64,000 nt of DNA, from contig JAPEUI010000062.1 of the NCBI GenBank assembly GCA_026025075.1, positions 1-64,000 on the forward strand, in the 5' to 3' direction. The position numbers were made by a program, and so were the translations under genes. Below the pieces are notes generated by a model that did no database searches, was not told the origin of the DNA, and saw only the letters and a list, made by a program, of their open reading frames with translations. Source of the DNA: Vezdaea acicularis. Lineage: Eukaryota. This document shows, piece after piece, positions 1 through 10,678 of this stretch. The stretch's first letter is position 1, and every line of letters starts with the position of its first letter.

Positions 1-733
1 TACATGGCAGAAGCTATTAGACGGCATTATTCATGAGTGTGGCCGGGACTGTGGGGAAGATTAGTCGTTGGTTGTACGTCTTGCTTGCTACAGCTACCAG
101 CCCGCTGGAGTACATATGAAGTAAATAATAGTCCGATTGATAGCTCCAATGAATGAAAATCTGCTGCCACGGGCGCCGTGAGTGCTGCGCTTATGTAGGC
201 TTACATTCTTACGCTCAGCTTGTAAAGACCAATGGATATTCCAGCCTAATGAACATGCGCCGACTAGATATATGCAAGAGGGAATTCAGCGTGATCAGCC
301 CCGGTTTAGATTGCAAAAATCAGAGCGCTGTAAACTTCATATGGGAAACAATGACTCGACAAGGGCCCCGCTATCGCTTACGACGTCACGACTGGTTCGG
401 AAGCAGCACAGACTTCCGATGGAGGGGTAGCGAAAGGATGGATCAGGAGACCGCTTCCCCACCATCAACATTGAAAAGCGCGTAATGCCATCCTTTTGTA
501 GGCGCTTACCGGCCCATATCCCTCGGCCTCATATGTCAATTATCCTTTGACGGAGGTCAACCCTGCGCGCATTCGAAGCTATCTGATGCTAGAACTTTGT
601 TTTCACCGAGTATTACTATTAGGAATATTCGCTACGTCACTCTCCAATACCAGCGCTAGGATCGCCAAATTATAGATCCGTCGTCTTTCCCAGAGAGCCC
701 TAACCTGGAGAGCCCTGATCTGCGACCTCAATA

Positions 734-1453
734 ATGCCTCCCTCTATAATCTTCCCCGCCTACCTCCTCCCCTCCTTCCCGCTCCCTTTCCGCCGTCGCC
801 ACTCCTCAACCTCCAGCACCAGCACAACCGGCAGTACCACCTCTTCTACGGCCCCTATTCCTTCGATAAACCCGCACACTTCCCTCCTCCGCTGCGCCCA
901 CTGCGGCGCCGACCTCTGCAGCACCTCCCAGATAATTAGCAAAGGCTTCACAGGGCGACATGGACGCGCTTACCTCGTCTCACCAACGGCCGCCTGGCCC
1001 TCTCCAATAAGTGAATCAAGACCCTCGACCAACCTGCCAAACACAAAGGCCGGGAAGGCAGTCCCGAGGCAGCTCGTGACGGGCGCGCATACCGTCTCAG
1101 ATATTAGCTGTAGCATGTGCGGAGTGGTGCTTGGCTGGAAGTACGTCGCGGCCGAGGAGGAGGGGCAGCGGTATAAAGTTGGGAAATGCATCTTGGAGAC
1201 GCGAATGGTACGCAGGGACGATGCTGGGGGATGGTATGAGAATGATCTTAAGGAGGGCTTCGGCAGCTCTAGGGAGGTGGCGGGTGAGGGTGTGTATGCG
1301 GCGAGCTTCGATGAGGATGATGAGGATGAGTGTGAGGACTTATTTGCGGGACTGTGGAATCCAAGGTCGATTGGGCAGAGGAGAAGAGGAAGGGCGAGGG
1401 GGGCGGAGTGGACCGAGGGGAGGGAGAGGGGGGCGAGTGAAGGGCTTGCTTAA
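734..1453 (+). CDS. Yippee/Moh1-family zinc-binding protein
   Basis: Intronless ORF with Yippee motifs RCAHC...IISKGFTGRHGRAYL and RQLVTGAHTVSDISCSMCGVVLGWKY...QRYKVGKCILE. Confidence 0.9.
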   Translation: MPPSIIFPAYLLPSFPLPFRRRHSSTSSTSTTGSTTSSTAPIPSINPHTSLLRCAHCGADLCSTSQIISKGFTGRHGRAYLVSPTAAWPSPISESRPSTNLPNTKAGKAVPRQLVTGAHTVSDISCSMCGVVLGWKYVAAEEEGQRYKVGKCILETRMVRRDDAGGWYENDLKEGFGSSREVAGEGVYAASFDEDDEDECEDLFAGLWNPRSIGQRRRGRARGAEWTEGRERGASEGLA

Positions 1454-1900
1454 TGGAGAGGGCGCGGAAGGAAAACACAAGGCCTCAGGGTGGCGGTCAG
1501 AGAAGAATCGAAACTAATAGTCAATAGGCATTGGCCGGGGATCCGAGTATCAATATAGTTCATAGAGTTGGTGGCCTTTGGCGCAGTGATTTATTTTGGC
1601 TAGGATTGATGGACACTATAATAACTTAAGAGAATGTATTAATTCTAATTAAATATATCGTCACAACCTAGATGCTGTGCCTGAGTGTTCCGCTAGGACA
1701 GAAAAGCTATTGAGATTAGGCATGGTGGGGAGACGTCACTCAGGACATGGAATATAGAATTCCCATGTAACAGGTGATCTTAGGCAAACCCAATATTTCA
1801 ACCGCACAGCGAGATACCGTCGCGATACGATCAGCTTAATACTTCAACCGACGAAGCACGCGGACTCCACCACCTGTGTATCTGCAAGAGCAATAATATC

Positions 1901-2828
1901 TTATGTAGATGTATCCATACTAAGAAGGAGCCATGTGTCACTGACCATATTCTTCTCACTTGACCATGGCTCTAGTGTTACTAGTCGAAACCCTGCCCAA
2001 CCCAGGTCCCTGACCAACCTCTTCAGATCTGCTGTGGGTTTCGAGCGTTCCAGACATACTACTAAGTGGGAGCAGTCAATCGACTCGTCAGTCGCGAGCT
2101 CGATAAGTGCCATTAGACTGACGAACAAGGGTTAGCCCTCGAGTATCGCACGGAGGTTGCTGCAAAGACGTCTTACCCAGTTTTCAGGTCCTTTCCAGAT
2201 ATAGCCTCATCGAAGAATATAAACAGTGTATGCTCTCCCCTAATGCCTGTGACAAAGCCTCTGAATCGATTGCCTCCAGCATAATCCCAGAGCTCGACCC
2301 AATCTCTGATCCTATCTGGCCTTGCTCCGACAAGGCCAACGTCGGCTTTAATGTCGGTATTCGCACCCATCACACGCGAGCCACTCTCGACATCGTTCCT
2401 CTCACCAAGGAAGATGCTCTTCATGGTATCGCAGAAGAGTCTCTCACACTCTTCTGTGATGGTATACGCTGCCCCCCCTCGTCGCTTTGGGCTCTTGAGG
2501 AGCTCGTTCCCGACGGTGTATGCGGCGAGGGGGGGACTTTCAGGTGGCGATGGTGATCCCGAGCTGACCTCAGGAATACCACTGGGCCCCTAGCGAAGGA
2601 ATTATCAGCATCAACAATCTACGACCAGGTAATATCTCATGACCGGAGATAGGAGGACTTACCGCCAGCCCCCGTAGTGGAGTAATGGAAGCCCTTCAAC
2701 ACCATGGTATTGGCATCCACAACGTAGCAACTCGCAAGAACATTTGGCCGAGCGGTTGGCATTTCGCGCTTCACTTGGCGACTGTTTCTACTACTGTTAG
2801 GTTTGTTACTGATGTTAGGTTTCGCCAT
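1901..2828 (-). CDS. OAZ1: Ornithine decarboxylase antizyme, needs +1 ribosomal frameshift
   Basis: Introns 2662-2590 (GTAAGT..CTAG) and 2176-2118 (GTAAGA..GCTAAC..CAG). Spliced ORF1 ends GGG GCC CAG TGG TAT TCC TGA. The +1 frame gives EVSSGSPSPP...EECERLFCDTMK...WDYAGG...KTGLMALIELA...LVVCLERS...DLGWAGF, the fungal antizyme domain. Confidence 0.93.
2570..2575 (-). promoter_or_regulatory. Antizyme +1 programmed frameshift site UCC-UGA
   Basis: TCCTGA on the minus strand ends spliced ORF1; ORF2 continues in the +1 frame. Confidence 0.9.
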
Positions 2829-3722
2829 GATCGCTGAATGCCACTTTCGTTTTGTTCGGGATTGTTACTTAATGGTGATATTTTGATGGTGGAATTGATT
2901 GGTCTAATTGCGGAATCGTGGAATCACAAAATCTGGGGACTTATATAAATTTTCCGAGATGCTTGATGACTTGGCAAAGATGTTGGGGTGTCTGCTTGAG
3001 CGTACTACTTATTACCGCGATTCTTATAGTGATGGAGAGTAAAAGAAATGCAGATCGAGCGCTCCTGTGCATAACACCCGACTGCTAATAGCGAAAAAGA
3101 GGGCACGTGGTGTCCTGTAGCGCGGGGCTCAACCAGTTATCGGTTCGTTCCATTTGCAGTGGTCGACCAATCCTCATGCGCCGCGATACGAATCCATGCC
3201 ACTAGCCTCCGACAGCCTCTCAATGTAATCAGCTCCTAGGCCTAGTCGGAGTTTGGTGTCGTCTTCTATTGTTGTTCCACGCTTCATTATCTCAGGACAT
3301 AATCATCACGTATGGTCATCAGATCCTCATATGTTCTGCGTCATTATCGTGTCGTTAGGGGAGACCCTTGAGTAACCTAACGACTGACTATTCTAGTCCG
3401 ATCGCTATACAGGGCCCTGAATCTTGTGGACTAAAGCTTGTCCTACCGATTGTCACCGGATCGAAGTATTTACAACTTGCGTCCGCGCCCATATCGATGT
3501 AACAATATCAGCGGAACACAGCCGCTATTGCTGCTTCTAATAATCTATGTGAAATTCATACTTGACGCTTACCCAATAAAAGATCATCACTGCTTGTCAG
3601 CACTACATTTCCTATCACTTCCGTTGGAGACACGGCCTGTGTACGGTCGAGATACGGCCTGTCTACGCTTGAGATACAGAGATCAGTACTCGTCAGAGCT
3701 GACGGGTGAACTTAATAACACT

Positions 3723-5420
3723 ATGGCGTTTCGTCAACCACAACATCCTATCCAACAATTACAGCCTGCTCCCGCTCCTATCACTGCGCATGTGCCACAG
3801 ACAGAGCAGTTTGTAGATGATAACCAAGGATGGGTTCTATTTTCCAACCAAACAGAATCAAGCATACCCCGGATACAAAATAACCCAACAGAACGCACCC
3901 TGCGAACGGCTGGCCTGTCGCAATTTAGTGACTTATGTTCCCTTGATACTGTGGCTCGGTCCCAAGATGGGGACGATGCAGACGATCTTCTTGAATCACC
4001 TTTCAGCACTTCAAATGGGGCCTTTATCGATGAGGAAGGAGAGCTAGATAGTCTAGACAGCCACCTTCACGCCTTCCGAGAACCACTGAACTACCAACGA
4101 CTTTTAGGGTTAGACCAGAGTGGAGGAACAGTGTTACCTACACATGATGGGTTAGGCACATTCCCATTGTCTACCCCGCCATTTCAGGATCAGTCGTATG
4201 AATTCGAAAGGTTTAATCAACGAAGGAGGAGAAGATCAAATGGCTACATAGCTAAGATGGAGATCCCGAAGGAGACTGATATGAACCGGAGGGTCCAAGA
4301 ATGGCGTATGGAGCAGGGTCAAGTACTACAGCAAGAGATAGAAAAGGAGACCAGAAAGCGGAGGATGAGTAAAACAAGTGAGCGGTTTGATCGGAAGGTC
4401 AAAGCCCACAAGGACGATAATACTATCACGGGAATGAATGAGTCGCGTCCTTTGCAGCCAGCCCTTGGTGGAAAGCGACATCGGGAGATCAACGACGCAG
4501 ACGAACAAGACAATGAGCCTGAAGACACCGAGTGTCTCTGGCAACGTATTACTCGTCATGTTATCAGAGATCTGATGGGTATTGATGATTCAATCTTATC
4601 CATTATTTTTGGCGAATCTCTAGTTGAGGATGCTGAGGACCGTGCAAATACATCAAATCCATCTCCCGACGATAGAGACGAAGATTGCCAACTTCGAACT
4701 CAAGGGACGAAATGGGAGGATCGCCTGTTGCAGCGTATTGCTCGGGAGCTAGGCACTTTAGTGCACCACATATCTGAGCACCCTGGAGCCTTCTCAAGTT
4801 ACCTCGAAGCTAAAAATCAGGTACCTGAATACGCTGGCATATCAAATAAAGTAATCGCGCAACCGTCGATCTCCGATCTCTCTCGAGCGGCTGACCCACT
4901 TCGAAACCTTCAAGCACCTCCTACTCCAATGTTCTCACCAACTCTTCCTTTCAACCTCTCGACTTCCCATTTCTTCACCAATTCACATAGCGCGGCAGTG
5001 CCAATGATCCCAGAAGACCAGCAGCTTGAGCGTGAGCGCGACTACTGGGAACGAGAACTAGATGTTAAGATGGTCTTCTCCTTTCTTCGCTCACGTTTTT
5101 CAAGCTCCTCGCTGAGGCCGTCATCTCTTCGCGACCGTGAAAAACCTGATGCGAAAGTTGCGCCTACGGCTGCATCTGCGTCGAGGGCAGCTCTCATCCG
5201 AGACCACCACCCACTTGTTGCAAGGCGAAATGATCTGCAACGGCGGAGGGCGAATCAGAGTCATTCGATGATGCTTGCTGCTCGAGGGAGGAGAGGAAGT
5301 AGCTGCAAGAGCAGCATCCGGAGCGTTAGTGGAAGCAACCGGAACTTTTGGGACTTGGGAGGGAGTGTTGGGGCGACCAGTGGGAGTGGCATTGGAGTTG
5401 GGGTGTGGGGCGAGGGTTGA
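3723..5420 (+). CDS. Conserved fungal hypothetical protein, largely disordered
   Basis: Long ORF, first ATG at 3723 (MAFRQPQ). Blocks such as ELDSLDSHLHAF, LPTHDGLGTF, WQRITRHVIRDLMGIDD and WEDRLLQRIARELG look conserved. No recognisable domain. Confidence 0.75.
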   Translation: MAFRQPQHPIQQLQPAPAPITAHVPQTEQFVDDNQGWVLFSNQTESSIPRIQNNPTERTLRTAGLSQFSDLCSLDTVARSQDGDDADDLLESPFSTSNGAFIDEEGELDSLDSHLHAFREPLNYQRLLGLDQSGGTVLPTHDGLGTFPLSTPPFQDQSYEFERFNQRRRRRSNGYIAKMEIPKETDMNRRVQEWRMEQGQVLQQEIEKETRKRRMSKTSERFDRKVKAHKDDNTITGMNESRPLQPALGGKRHREINDADEQDNEPEDTECLWQRITRHVIRDLMGIDDSILSIIFGESLVEDAEDRANTSNPSPDDRDEDCQLRTQGTKWEDRLLQRIARELGTLVHHISEHPGAFSSYLEAKNQVPEYAGISNKVIAQPSISDLSRAADPLRNLQAPPTPMFSPTLPFNLSTSHFFTNSHSAAVPMIPEDQQLERERDYWERELDVKMVFSFLRSRFSSSSLRPSSLRDREKPDAKVAPTAASASRAALIRDHHPLVARRNDLQRRRANQSHSMMLAARGRRGSSCKSSIRSVSGSNRNFWDLGGSVGATSGSGIGVGVWGEG

Positions 5421-6520
5421 GCGCGCTCTAGATTCTTGATATATCCCGGGTGAATACTGTTTGTAGCAATTTCGCATGTAAGGTGGAGTAAGCTGCATAG
5501 CTAGGGGTGTTGTAGACCTTTGACACTGGTAACGATATATTTCATGATAAACTGATAGCTAAATACTGTATAACGGGCGCAACTGAGCAACTGGAAGTTT
5601 GCTCTTGATAACGATAATGATCGCGATCATGAGATGATAATGGCCACCTTTGGATACCGTATTGTAGGAATATTACCATGTTAACTTTTGGCGCGATTCG
5701 ACTCAGCTTCTTAGACGCCTCCAGCGATAAAACCTCATAGGTAGCGATCCGACTTGCAACATCTACAAGGACTATCCACCACCTTTAAACTCACGTCAAA
5801 ACTGTCGTATCACAATGAACCAAACTCAACATGGCACTAATTATGACAATGTACTGACAGAACTTCTTCAGCTCTCGCGACTTGACGCTCTGATACTACG
5901 GTCCCGGATTAGTCTCGGAGCTACACGAAACAACGAGCATCCTCGGAACTTCGTACATGGGGTGTGGCCTATGTTTGTTCCGCCAAGGTTGGGCGTCCAA
6001 ATGCCGTGATACTTTAGCACCACGACCACATATGCGATAGGAATTCAAAAACTCATAGAGGCATCTTAAGCTAGAATAGGATGTCTTCCGCCATTGATAA
6101 AATTGTTTGAAGCGGAGAGGTGGGCGGTGGAAACGCGGGAAATTCGGACGCTGCTTGGCGGAACGGGTGTAGGCTGCACCCCGTGTACCGATACGAATCT
6201 GCATTACTCTATTTGTCCCTCCTGGCATTTATCTTCCGTCAAACTCAATTTAAAAGTGCGAAAAGCCTTGAACTGCACCATAAAGGCATATGTTTGATGT
6301 AAGACCCTCCGGACGTGCCCGAGTCCTATATAATATGAGTCATTTGTTGTCGAGACAAGTATGGCATTGACTACAATTGTTTCCTTTCTGATATGATATA
6401 GGCTGGCCCTTATTCGAAAATCTCTTTCACCTATCGCTATTCCACTTCCCCTCAGAGGATTGCCCTGATCCTCAAGTCTTCAAATAACCATTAGCCTGCC
6501 ATTTCAAGGCCGACTTCACT

Positions 6521-7933
6521 ATGGCGCAATCAGAGGACCACAGGATGTCTCTTTGCATGTATCCCATAAGCAGCCAATATGGTTTATTGCCTAGAGTGCT
6601 TTACTATTGCCTTATCGTGTTTGCCGCATTGGCTTATACACACCGATGGGTGATTGCTGGCGCACTGGCTACTGCCCTAACATACTCAGGAGCAGCAGGT
6701 ATCCATAAGATCCTATTATCAATATGGGAACACTACGGCGTGGCGTACCATCCAGATAAATACGACACAGACGACCGCGTGTTATTTCAGATAACAAGCG
6801 TTTCGATATTATTTGCGGCACCTTTAGCGAATTGGTCCTCGACAATTCGAAAGTTTGATGTGCGCAGGATGTTATGGCTGTGGACGGCATTGATGTTTTG
6901 CTGCTATATGTTGTCCTTCGGTAGTTTGACGCGCTCAGACGTAGTGATGGCCCCCAGCCAGGTTCGCTGCTCGTCCGAAACCACTGAATGTTCAGCTTTC
7001 AGTTCTTCTAATAATCCTCTACCGTCCAACATCTCTTGGTTACAATGTGGTTGCAGGTTTCAGTGCAGTAATGCTTCGATTCCACATATCCCTTTTCGAG
7101 CAGAAGCTCCAATGGTCTCCGTCGCCTCGACCGGCTATTTGAGCCCAGTTCAAGACAAGAGAGCAAAATTTATCCTGGCCTATTTAATAGTTATTCTCTC
7201 GCTTTGTGCGTTGACACAAATATCGATCAATCTTCTACTAAGACTCCGACAACCATCTCATTTTGTTCGGGCTTTCTACTGGCGATGTATTAACATCTCT
7301 AGGACTCGGCTTTCATCAAGAGGGCACCTTCGTTGCAAGAGGTTGCTGAGAATAGTATTCATTGTCTCTTATCCAAATTATATCATCTTATTCTATGCAC
7401 TTCCGGTATTGTACCCCTTGGCCTTTATTGTAGCTGTCGTTTTTGGAGAACTTGCGCTACGTGAATGGCCTGATAGTGAACGACCAAGCGCAGTAGGCCA
7501 ATGGACGCCCTGGCTTAGTGTTGCCCTTGTGCTTGCCGCCGCATTCATGGGGAGGTCTCAAAGAGGGGCAAGGTCCTATCTCGTTTCCTTCTGGAGAAAA
7601 ATAAGCTCAAAACATGTGTCAAAATTGCACCAAAACCCTCCAAATAAACCAGGTACAACAGTCTGGCGATTTAGTATGGGTTCCGGCCTTTCGTCAGGCT
7701 TCAAAAGTTTCGTCCAATACCTACGTCGTCCTTTTCAAACAATCTTAAAGGACAACAAGGAACTCAGGCGGTGGTGGAAAGAGTCTGGCGACTCGGACGA
7801 TGATACTGCTATTTCAATGGCGGCGTTACGAAGAGATATTGAAGAAGTTCCACTTCCGCTTCTTCGCCCTGAGGCCCTTACCCATGCCAAGTTTGAAGAA
7901 GAAAGCGTACGAAAAAGAAGTAGGACTTTATGA
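6521..7933 (+). CDS. Multi-pass membrane protein of unknown function
   Basis: 470 aa ORF with about 7 hydrophobic segments, a Cys-rich loop, YPISSQYGLLPRVLYY and SERPSAVGQWTPW motifs. Confidence 0.75.
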   Translation: MAQSEDHRMSLCMYPISSQYGLLPRVLYYCLIVFAALAYTHRWVIAGALATALTYSGAAGIHKILLSIWEHYGVAYHPDKYDTDDRVLFQITSVSILFAAPLANWSSTIRKFDVRRMLWLWTALMFCCYMLSFGSLTRSDVVMAPSQVRCSSETTECSAFSSSNNPLPSNISWLQCGCRFQCSNASIPHIPFRAEAPMVSVASTGYLSPVQDKRAKFILAYLIVILSLCALTQISINLLLRLRQPSHFVRAFYWRCINISRTRLSSRGHLRCKRLLRIVFIVSYPNYIILFYALPVLYPLAFIVAVVFGELALREWPDSERPSAVGQWTPWLSVALVLAAAFMGRSQRGARSYLVSFWRKISSKHVSKLHQNPPNKPGTTVWRFSMGSGLSSGFKSFVQYLRRPFQTILKDNKELRRWWKESGDSDDDTAISMAALRRDIEEVPLPLLRPEALTHAKFEEESVRKRSRTL

Positions 7934-8039
7934 TCCTTAAGTGACACGCGTGCGGCATTCAACAATAAATTCATTTTAGCGCATACGACACGAAGCGGAC
8001 TCCTGAGCCCAACTCGAAGACCAACGCTCAGCTGGCACT

Positions 8040-8838
8040 GTTGTACACAGCCCAAGCAGTCGCGCTCGTGCTACAGGGGTTCTGCCCGAATTCAAAAGTC
8101 TCCTATTAATACAACGACATTCCTGCCTCATATCTCCTCAGCCTTCTCATACTTTCCACCGCTATGCTCGTCAAGCTGGCTTTCGAGGCTGGAATGGGAA
8201 TATTGAATTCAAGTCTACGATAAGCACTTCATTGTTGAAGCAACCAATGACCGCACTGTTGGATACGAGGCAATTGCCATTGGACAGCTTGGCTTTCACG
8301 AGGGCTCCTGGTCAGTGACAAACGCCGCCTATGACCTTTTCCGCGTCAAACAATTCTCGCACCAGCTCAAGGGACCCCGGATTAGTTGCAAGGTCGAACA
8401 CGGCCGTTTCATACGTGACGAATAAATAAGGGCTTAGAAGTCATGAGGGGCGCAATTTCACATCAATGGCCTCCAACATAGAAGATGCCATTCCTTTCCG
8501 CCACTCATCCAAAGAATTCAGAGAGCTTTTTCGTATGCTTCCATCATGCTTGTTGACTATAGAAAGCATTTTACTGACGACTCGTCGCCTTCAAACGACC
8601 AACAAAGCCTGGATTCATTCTGTGCTTCTCCATCAGCTAGTAGAGCAGCATTGATCTAGAAAAGTGGATTAAAGACATAGTAAGCATGGGCAAATGCAGG
8701 CCCCTCGACGGTCAGCCAGTGTGATGTTACTAGTTTGGCTCTGCTTCTGACTAACTGCCATCCGGCTTACTCGCCAAATGTTCTCATCGGGGTTTGTGAC
8801 ATAAGGGGAAGGAGGCACTTGTGCCGAGTGGAAGTCAT
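8040..8838 (-). pseudogene. Degenerate DJ-1/PfpI (Hsp31-like) pseudogene
   Basis: Minus-strand pieces in the expected order: AGWQL / PAFAHAY / WKHTKKLSEFFG*..IFYVGGH* / VFDLATNP..KVIGGVCH*PGAL / SLESQLDEHSGGKYEKAEEI*G / GQNPCS, with several stops and frameshifts. Confidence 0.8.
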
Positions 8839-9839
8839 GTTGAGAAAGAGACCGTGTGAATCCAGAAATCGAAGGGTCATATGGCCAAAATATTGAAATA
8901 TGACAAGTGATGATCAATCTGATTTTTCAATGGCCGAGAGAGCCTCCAGGGCTTGTAACATTGGTTCTGAGTCTCTCCCTGGCGGAGCTAGAAGCTCGGG
9001 TCAAGGTTGATTGAATCACAGCAACTGAACCCCCCCTTTCTTTTATAAATCGTGACTGTGAGGTAGCTTTGCTCATTAGTCGTCCAATCAATGACGGCCC
9101 GTGAATTGAGAGGGGAAAGTGCTGCAGAAACATGTCTAGGGTCACGGGCATATTTAGTAAAGGGGCATGGGTGTTAGTCTTACACATCTAATATCTGGTG
9201 CCCCCTGAAGATATGAATGATCAAAATGCGTGCTTTCATAGGCTGAGCTTGTTGAGTGACAAGGTAGATAGAAATATGCCCAAGGAAGCAAACATAAATA
9301 CAGAGAGTATAAGAGTTTACACTTAGTGGGGTAAGGCAATGTCATATCTTGCTGCCCTGTCGGCGGGCACAACATCGGAGATATAGTCTACGTCAAGAGG
9401 AACGAAGATTCTTGATCCTGAGCTTGACAGCAGGACCTTAGAGAAATGAATATTAGAAGATGTGTGAATATGATGTTTGCAAATTTCTGCGGAGGTATTG
9501 AGCTGAGGGTGCCCTCAGGTTACAATTAGGGTTGCTGGCTGGAGATCGTTCGTTGGTTGCAACGGAAACGTTAAAAAGCCAAGATGTTGGTAGGATAGGA
9601 TATCTAGGTAGGTCTGAAATGGACTTGAGCATCGAGCCAGTGTGCTTTTTGTCATCCAATCGCGTTTTACACACATGCTGCCACTGTACGTCAAATGGCG
9701 AGGTGCCAATTGCCAGTGCGTAGCCCTCGCTTAGAGCTAGGGCTTGCCCACTTTATTTCTCATTAGGCACATCATTATGATTCCCTTCTCCACCATCAAA
9801 TTGTAGTATTTCGAATCGCAGCGAAGCTAGTCGTACACG

Positions 9840-10350
9840 ATGGTACAATGAAGATTCCTATCTCGATGTTGGAAATATATGCTGATAGATGCTGCTCTTC
9901 AAAGGTTAACGTTCCGAAAACACGTCGCACCTACTGCAAGGGTAGAGACTGCAAGAAGCACACCCAACATAAGGTCACACAGTACAAAGCCGGAAAAGTT
10001 CGCATTAAGACCGAGATATGCCAACTGGCAATAGTGGAGGGCTAACAGACTACAATTTAGGCTTCTCTCTTTGCACAAGGAAAGCGGAGGTACGACCGCA
10101 AGCAATCTGGATATGGTGGTCAAACAAAACCTGTCTTCCACAAAAAGGCAAAGACAACGAAGAAGGTCGTGCTACGTTTAGAGTGCACAGCGTGTAAGAC
10201 GAAGGCACAACTGGCACTAAAACGATGCAAACATTTCGAATTAGGGTATGAGCCTCAGGAAGCCGAATCGATTTTCAAATGTGAACAACTGACTCATCTC
10301 CGTAATATAGTGGTGACAAGAAGACCAAGGGCGCTGCACTGGTGTTCTAG
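9840..10350 (+). CDS. RPL42: 60S ribosomal protein eL42 (L44/L36a)
   Basis: Four exons: ATG only; [57 protein letters not shown]...[19 protein letters not shown]. Confidence 0.97.
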
Positions 10351-10678
10351 TTGAAAATGCACATTCATCTCAACCCAGGAGGGGCTCTGGGTCGGTCATG
10401 CATTTGGGTTCATCGTGGAGTCTGGATCTAAGCTACTTATTCTATGTGGCAGATCCCATGTGCTCATATAGAAATCTCGTGCTCATTCGATAGCAACCTA
10501 TGCCACGGATGGCATACCAAAGCAATACTCAATTTTGAACTATGCGCCGTTGAATAACATGGGTTCTCCGCATGCAGTCTGTGACCAACTCCATATATAA
10601 GCGACGCTGGAAATTCTTTTCTATAACCACAACTAGTAAGGACGATACCACATCTGGAATCCAAGGCTGGAGTCTACT

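Noticed and set aside
153..485. Short overlapping ORFs before Yippee
   Set aside because: No recognisable motifs; lie in a promoter region
3438..3722. TTG-initiated 95-aa N-terminal extension of the hypothetical protein
   Set aside because: Eukaryotic gene; extension looks like non-coding sequence, ATG at 3723 preferred
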